DNA of 64,000 bases from Eledone cirrhosa (Eukaryota), in contig OZ024747.1 in assembly GCA_964016885.1 (NCBI GenBank), forward strand, positions 16,926,001 through 16,990,000. Direction: 5' to 3'. The notes under the pieces are model-generated. The model saw only the letters and a list, made by a program, of their open reading frames with translations. It did not search any database and had not been told where the DNA came from. Positions 56,879-64,000 of the stretch are shown piece by piece; position 1 is the stretch's first letter; every line of letters starts with the position of its first letter. The translations under genes and the position numbers were made by a program.

Positions 56879-56950
56879 TGACGAGGGACTAATTTTATCA
56901 TATGTATCCCATGTGCAACCACGCAGTATTCTTCTTTCTTCTCATGTTTT
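56572..56950. mobile_element. Family O imperfect foldback interrupted by (TA)n
   Basis: 56575-56645 versus 56874-56946 inverted; CTGAYGA in both arms but no convincing stem I. Confidence 0.6.
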
Positions 56951-56967
56951 TATATATATATATATAT

Positions 56968-58140
56968 AGGGTGTGTAACTTGGAGTTACTGCAGGTTGAC
57001 TCGGGTGAGCACTCAATGTTTAGGTTCACTTCTGTGTTGGGGTGTAGAGCTATACAGAGTGTAATATATTGAGAGGATTACAAGGGCGATTGGTTACTCT
57101 TTCATTACATTTACTGGTAGGTGACGCTTGTTTCGCCACTGATCAGCTCAAGGTTCGATAGAGTCAGAAGTTCATATGTTGGTCAATATGAATTGTTTTG
57201 ATTCGTGGTTTAGAACATAGGGATGTTTTCGCCTGTAGTGTATGTGGAGGTGAATGTGATGATAAGATGTTGGTGACGGTCGCTGGCTGGGATCGATGTG
57301 GGGTGGGGGGTGGTAGATTGACCTTCGCATGTAGTGTATGTGGGGGTGGATGTGATGATAAGATGGTGGTGACGGTCGCTGGCTGGGATCGATGTGGGGG
57401 GTGGGGGTGGTAGATTGACCTTCGCATATAGTGTATGTGGGGGTGGATGTGATGATAAGATGGTGGTGACGGTCGCTGGCTGGGTTCGATGTGGGGTGGG
57501 GGTAGTGGATTGTCGGTAGACAGATTGGCGTATATTTGTGGCTGATTATTGTGTATGGTGTGGGTGTGGTGTTGCTGTTTATGGTAATGGCGTTTATGGA
57601 GGTGTGGTGGATGTGTTGGTGGTGTCAAATCCATGGGGAGATACATACCTAGACACTCTTAGTCTGACAAAAACGTTGTATACATGCACATGCGTATATA
57701 TACTGACATATATACGCATACACACTTATATACACACACATACACACGTACACATACACCCACATATACATATATTTGTATACATATATACACATATATG
57801 CCTGCGCGCGTGTGTATATATAGCGAAGGGGGTGTCAGTGGGGCTGGCGTAGTACATAGATAGAGGGAGGGTGAGAGCCAATGGGGATTGTGTTTTACAT
57901 ATAGACATATATATAAATAATGCATAAAAAGGCTGAAACCGGTAATAGACAATTATTAAATATATAAATAGATAAATAAATGCCATTGTTAAATAATAAA
58001 TAATTAACTAATAACTTAACACTTCATACAAAGTAAAACATTTCGTTTTAATCCTTTTCTAACCCAGAAAAAAGAGAGAGAGACACACAAAAAGGAAAAA
58101 AAAATATTTTTCTTCCAAATAATCGTCTCTGTCTCCCTGT

Positions 58141-58214
<74 letters not shown>

Positions 58215-59125
58215 TTAGACACAGGCACACACACTTGGGTTGGTTCGGGAGGGAATGTATGTGTTGGCGATGTTAATGAAGTTAATGATTGTGGTGGTAT
58301 GGAGTTGTGTCTTGTGGTGGCGCTGGAGGAGTTGTGAGCGACAAAATATATACATGATCGAATAATACGATGGGTTACACGTTACAAAGTGACATGGGGA
58401 ACACGGGGAAAAAAGTTTGTGGACATATAGCGATGTGTGTGGTCATGGTGGCGGTGGTGGTGATGGGTTGATATGTTCAACAATATATTTACATGATCAG
58501 ATGTTACGGTGTGTTACAGAGTAAAGACAGAGAGGGCAGATATAAAACAGGCGTTCTGGGAGTGAGGGATTATATGTGTTGGTGATGTTAATGATGTAAA
58601 TGATTGTTGAAGTATGGGAATATATCTGGTGGTAGAGGTGGTGGTGTGTGCGACAGTACATTTACAGGATCGAATTTTGCGAGGGGTTGTAGGTTAAGGC
58701 AGACAGAGGGAACATGGGGGAATAAGGTTGCGGGGGTGGGATGGTAGACATATAGCGATGTGAGCGGTGGTGGTGGTGGTGGTGGCGGTGGGGTGATATG
58801 ATCGAAATTATATTTACAGGTTCAGATGTTACTATGGATTACAAGGCAAAACCTGACAGAGAGGACACATAGAACACAATGTTACAAATATGAGGAGTGT
58901 ATGGCGATGTGGCGTTTGGTGGGGGATGATGTATGCGGCATGATATACGAAATACAGGCTTACAAATGGTTGCATGCAATAAAATAAAATAAATTTACTG
59001 AGATGAGGGCTGGTGAGACGGGGCAAAGGTGGTTATTATTATGCTGGGTCATGGTTAACTTCATTAACATCGCCAACATATACATTCCCTCCCAAACCAA
59101 CGCAAGTGTGTGTGTCTGTGTGTAA

Positions 59126-59193
<68 letters not shown>

Positions 59194-59922
59194 GTACATC
59201 ACACCATCCCCATTGGCTCTCACCCTCCCTCTATCTATGTACTACGCCACCATCACCGATACCCCCTCTCTCTATATATACACACGCGCGCATGCATATA
59301 TGTGTATATATGTATACAAATATATGAATATGTGGGTGTATGTGTACGTGTGTATGTGTGTGTATATAAGTGTGTATGTGTATATATGTCAGTATATATA
59401 CGCATGTGTATGTATACAACGTTTTTGACAGACTAAGAGTGTCTAGGTATGTATCTCCCCATGGATTTGACACCACCAACACATCCACCACACCACCATA
59501 AACGCCATTACCATAAACAGCAACACCACACCCACACCATACACAATAATCAGCCACAAATATACGCCAATCTGTCTACCGACAATCCACTACCCCTACC
59601 CCACATCGAACCCAGCCAGCAACCGTCACCACCATCTTATCATCACATCCACCCCCACATACACTACAGGCGAATACGTCCCTATGTTCTATTCCACCAA
59701 TCAAAACAATTCATATTGACCAACATATGAACTTCTGACTCTATCATATAGCATGTATTCATTTTCTACTAGCATTTTAAAAGATCCGTCGAGCTGCCGA
59801 TTATAGAGTCGCGTAAGATCGATACAGATCGAACCTTGAGCTGATCAGTAGCGAAACGCGCGTCACCTGCCAATAAATGTAATGAAGGAGTAACCAATCG
59901 TCCTTGTTATCGTTTCAATATA
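56968..59922. mobile_element. Family P ~3-kb foldback with ~0.9-kb arms, tail 56968-57062
   Basis: 57063-57900 pairs with 59195-59922, and 58213-58290 with 59050-59126; HHR 3' half (GA gct..agc GAAAC gcgc GTC) at 59838-59864. Confidence 0.85.
57231..57513. repeat. ~96-bp minisatellite, 3 copies (left arm only)
   Basis: Units start at 57231, 57327 and 57424; single copy in the right arm. Confidence 0.85.
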
Positions 59923-60027
59923 TATATATTGGGCGGTGCCCCAGCATGGCCCCAGCCGGATGGCTGAAACAGGTAAAAGAGTAAAAGAGTATATATATAT
60001 GTATATATATATATCTATATATATATA

Positions 60028-60074
<47 letters not shown>

Positions 60075-60724
60075 CGAATGTGCATGGTTTAGTGGTTAGG
60101 GAATAGAACTTACAATCATGTGTTGTGTATATAATATTCATGCATATATATGTGTGTGTGCGTATGTATATTTATGTATGCGTGTGTATGGATTTGTTTG
60201 TGAGCTTATACACATATGCATATCTATTTAGGATTACTTCGCCTGTTGTTTACGATATAGCGATAGATGTGCTTTATTAATGCGTCATTCACTGACTATT
60301 TAATGCATCACTAGCTTTTCAGTGGAATCATGATTCAGTACCATATTTATTGCATATATAGCTTTATCTATATATGAAATCCGAACTTTAAGACAATATT
60401 TTTACCTTTGTTTTGTCTGGCAATGTGCTAATGTGATATATATCCCCTGAAATCAATAATCAATCACAACCACATTTTCAAAGTTGGAATTTTTCAAACA
60501 ATCTTCAACAAAGTTAATATACTTATGTGTCTTAAATTATTCCACTGCTTGATTTACGTAATACATTATTTCAAACCTAAGGTTTACTCTAAATACTTTA
60601 AGCTCTTTTATATAATTTAGATCGCATTTCAGGGAATAAAAAACACTCGTCCCACCACATTAAATCATTTTCAGGCAAACCCCAGCATCTGACCCAAAAT
60701 TGTGATGCTTCCTCTTTCTACAAA

Positions 60725-60912
60725 TAATTGTTTCTACTTTTGGCACAAGGTGAGCAATTGCCCCAGTGCATTACTGGTGCTTTGTTTCATCGACCCGGTA
60801 AGGATGAAAGGCAAAGTTAACTTCGGAAGGATTTGAACTCAGAATGTAAAGGGTCATAACTCTATGCTGCAAAGCATGGTGTCTGACACTCTACTGATAC
60901 TGCCAATCGACC
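60725..60912 (-). mobile_element. tRNA-derived SINE
   Basis: TTTGGCACAAGG...ACTGGTGCTTTGTTTCATCGACCC...GGATGAAAGGCAAAGTTAAC...ATTTGAACTCAGAATGTAAAG...CTGCCAATC. Confidence 0.75.
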
Positions 60913-61444
60913 AATAATATCTGCCAAATCTGTCATCAATTTTCTGCTTTCATCCATGCTATGTCTACCATCTCTACCTCAGAGTCAGCAATGACACTAT
61001 GTCCAGTACTTTCTGCACGGAACCCCGGACATCTAGATCTGACTCTCTACTCATGTTGTTCCCAAATGAGTAAACATACAACAATTTAAACATAACATCA
61101 ATAACATAAATCTCAATGACATAAATCTCAATGACCTCATAGGGTCTGTAAATGTCATAGACACTGTTCATTCCTCAACATCGACCAAATAAAAATGATC
61201 AAGCTCCTAAAACATGTGTACTAGTTTAACTATTCATACCATATAGTAAATACTTTAAATCTATCTTTAAGAATATCATTGATATTTCAACATTTTCTGC
61301 TACAGATTGAAAGTGAAAAGTGGATTTTAAGTTTAATCAAATAATTCCTGAACATGTATTTCCAAACACTTGGAGTATTAAGATACAATAGATAGAAGTA
61401 TAAATTGAAATATTGAAGACTATTTTTGGTTGGTAGTTTATTTC

Positions 61445-61534
<90 letters not shown>

Positions 61535-62701
61535 TTTCCTTTTCAAATCTTCAGATTTATAAATATATTATAAGAACCAATATGAGGATAATGTTATTTT
61601 GTGAATAAATAAAATATTTTAAAAGTATATATATTTATCATATTTAATACATTTGAGTATTTGGAAAGCTATACATTATTTTTAAATCACATTTCTGTAA
61701 CACATTGCTGGGGAAGAGAAATCTGTGGAAATATTTAAAACAAAAGCAATATTTTAAAGAAATATATTGATTTTCGTTATATTTGTTTTGTATTTTGTCT
61801 TATAGGACAATTTTTACAGAAAGATCAAAGAGCAAAAAATCATATCTGTTATATGGAAGTTTACAGTGAATAAATAAGAAAAATGTCATAGTTATATCTT
61901 ATGTTACCGAAGAACATGCAAATAACAAAGACGCAAGGAATATTTGTAACGTTATTAAGAATATATAAACTATGATATATTTATAGAAGCAGCATAACGC
62001 ACAATTATATAACATCATCATTATCATACCTTACACATGGAAAATATATTTTACTATGCTTATTCGTTTTGTTGGCGAAAGTAAAAATGAAGCATCTTTC
62101 CAAATTATATAAATTTGCTTTCTCACTAGAATGGCAATAAGAAATTACAATGATATATATGTATGTATATATGTGCGTGTGAGTGTGTGTGTGTGTGTGG
62201 AGAGAGATAGAGTAATCTAGCATGATATTCTGTACTAATCCTGCTTATCTACAAGTTACTGTATATATATTCAATTAAACTTACATATCAATTGCAAGTA
62301 TTCTTATATTGGTTTCCAACTATTTATGGTGTATGTGTAAATGTTGGACAATGCAAACAGAGGGTGAAATTAAGCGATTGTTTTATTCATAGTTTTACTA
62401 TCGTTTTAGAGGTGTTATCGATCAAAGTGAATAGAAAGAGTGATTAATGAATAGTAGATAGGCGCCTCGTATTATTTGCCTTTTTTGCTTTTATTATTAA
62501 ACCTATATATGTGACTCTACAGCCCGTTTAAATGCTTATCGGAATCCAATATGGGGAAAGATTACTTCGAAAGTACTTAGCGCTCACCACTTACTCTCTT
62601 TGGAATCGTTATCTTTACTTCCGCACTAGATTGAGTTCTAACAGCGTTATTGGCTTTATCATAGTTAGGTGTATATCAGTGTATGTATATCTATATCTAT
62701 C

Positions 62702-62752
<51 letters not shown>

Positions 62753-62754
<2 letters not shown>

Positions 62755-63091
62755 GTAGGAGGTGAGTTTTATTGTAGTACAATAAAGCAATGCAGATATC
62801 GGATAAGTAGCACTCTACAGTTTGTAGGACTGGAGTATAAATAATATAAGATCAAAAGATGGTTAAAAGAGTTCCATGTATTTTATTATGCGCATTTCAA
62901 AAACAAATATCATCATGCGATGACATTTGCCTTTTCGTCAGATAAAATAGGGAGACATGATATGAAGGTTAAAACACACTTGTGACTATTCATCTGACGG
63001 AAACGCAAATGTCATCGCATGATGATATTTGTTTTTGAAATGCGCATATTAAAATACATGGAACTCTTTTAACCATCTTTTGATCTTATAT
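62753..63091. mobile_element. Family C foldback copy 2
   Basis: Same tail and end points as 3030-3458 with a different hinge. Confidence 0.9.
62881..62947 (-). ncRNA. Type I hammerhead (family C copy 2)
   Basis: ttttat CTGACGA aaaggcaaatgtcatc-gcat-gatgatatttgttttt GAAA tgcgca TA|ataaaa. Confidence 0.8.
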
Positions 63092-63125
<34 letters not shown>

Positions 63126-63126
<1 letters not shown>

Positions 63127-63241
63127 CCAACCAACCAGAAATTTATAAATTTATAAATTTATTATAAATTTATTATAATAAATTGAAGTGAAAGCAACTG
63201 GTGCTGTGTTTCTTATTGGCAACATGACCCTCCCAAATTAT

Positions 63242-63249
<8 letters not shown>
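63126..63249 (+). mobile_element. Family B tail-less 3' arm
   Basis: ACCAACCAACCAGAAATTT...ATGACCCTCCCAAATTATAACAATA then (TA)n. Confidence 0.85.
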
Positions 63250-63309
<60 letters not shown>

Positions 63310-63853
63310 GCATTCATTTACTTGTTTATGTAGTTAGTTTCGAAATTTTAGTACATCGCAATATATTTAAAACACCATGTGGATCCCCATGCGTACGTGA
63401 GACATGTCTTATAACACATGCCACATTGTTTGGTACGTATAAATATATTATCTTTATTATCAGTAGTCGTCGTTTTAGTATTAGGTATATTAATAAAACG
63501 TTAAGAATGTATTACGGATTAGAATCAAAGATTTTGGAAGTCAAGCATATTTTCCGGTTGGCAAATCTCCATATACTAGTTTGTCAAGATGTATTGCCAA
63601 TGTAGAAGTATATATACATATATGAAGAACATGTATGCAGCTAGACAACTTTTACGGGATTTCCCTCGCTTTGGCCTACATCTATATTTCAAAAATAGAA
63701 TCATTTCGTTATAGTGCCACATATAACCGGAGAATCAGTTGGCCAGCAGCCGAGGTAAATATAAACACACGCATAATGATACGCATATATACATACATAT
63801 TCTCATATATACTACCCCTAGACACGTATACACACACCCACCCACATATACAT

Positions 63854-63883
<30 letters not shown>

Positions 63884-63887
<4 letters not shown>

Positions 63888-64000
63888 TGTTATAATTTGG
63901 GAGGGTCATGTTGCCAATAAGAAACACAGCACCAGTTGCTTTCACTTCAATTTATTATAATAAATTTATAAATTTCTGGTTGGTTGGTTGGTTCCACAAC
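63884..64000 (-). mobile_element. Family B arm, runs off the window
   Basis: TATTGTTATAATTTGGGAGGGTCATGTTGCC...GGTTCCACAAC. Confidence 0.85.

Noticed and set aside
57920-57950. GAAAC cg GTA hammerhead 3' half
   Set aside because: No upstream core or stem I; truncated fragment only.
57164-59730. Pro/His-rich ORFs on both strands
   Set aside because: By-products of the GT-rich minisatellite inside the family P inverted arms.

Overview
AT-rich eukaryotic (animal) DNA with no intact gene. The tRNA-derived SINE motifs resemble those I know from octopods, so the host is probably a cephalopod (inference). The window holds very long (TA)n arrays, a decayed CR1-type LINE, an L1/Tx1-like 3' end, a mariner relic, SINEs, a Penelope-like (PLE) GIY-YIG endonuclease fragment and one candidate 63-nt exon. 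The main signal is that the (TA)n arrays contain more than 10 distinct families of short non-coding elements. Most carry a type I hammerhead ribozyme (HHR) fold and are inserted as asymmetric head-to-head foldbacks: one arm ends in a 40-160 nt 3' tail, the other stops at an internal TA-rich site. One family is a 316-bp partial tandem, and two others show the tail end wrapping back onto the 5' end, implying circular or multimeric RNA templates of about 300-480 nt (retrozyme-like). Four unrelated families carry the compensatory U3-A8 core (TTGANAA) instead of C3-G8 (CTGANGA), which a canonical motif search would miss. Folds were read by eye, coordinates of degenerate repeats are approximate, and no ribozyme activity is demonstrated here.
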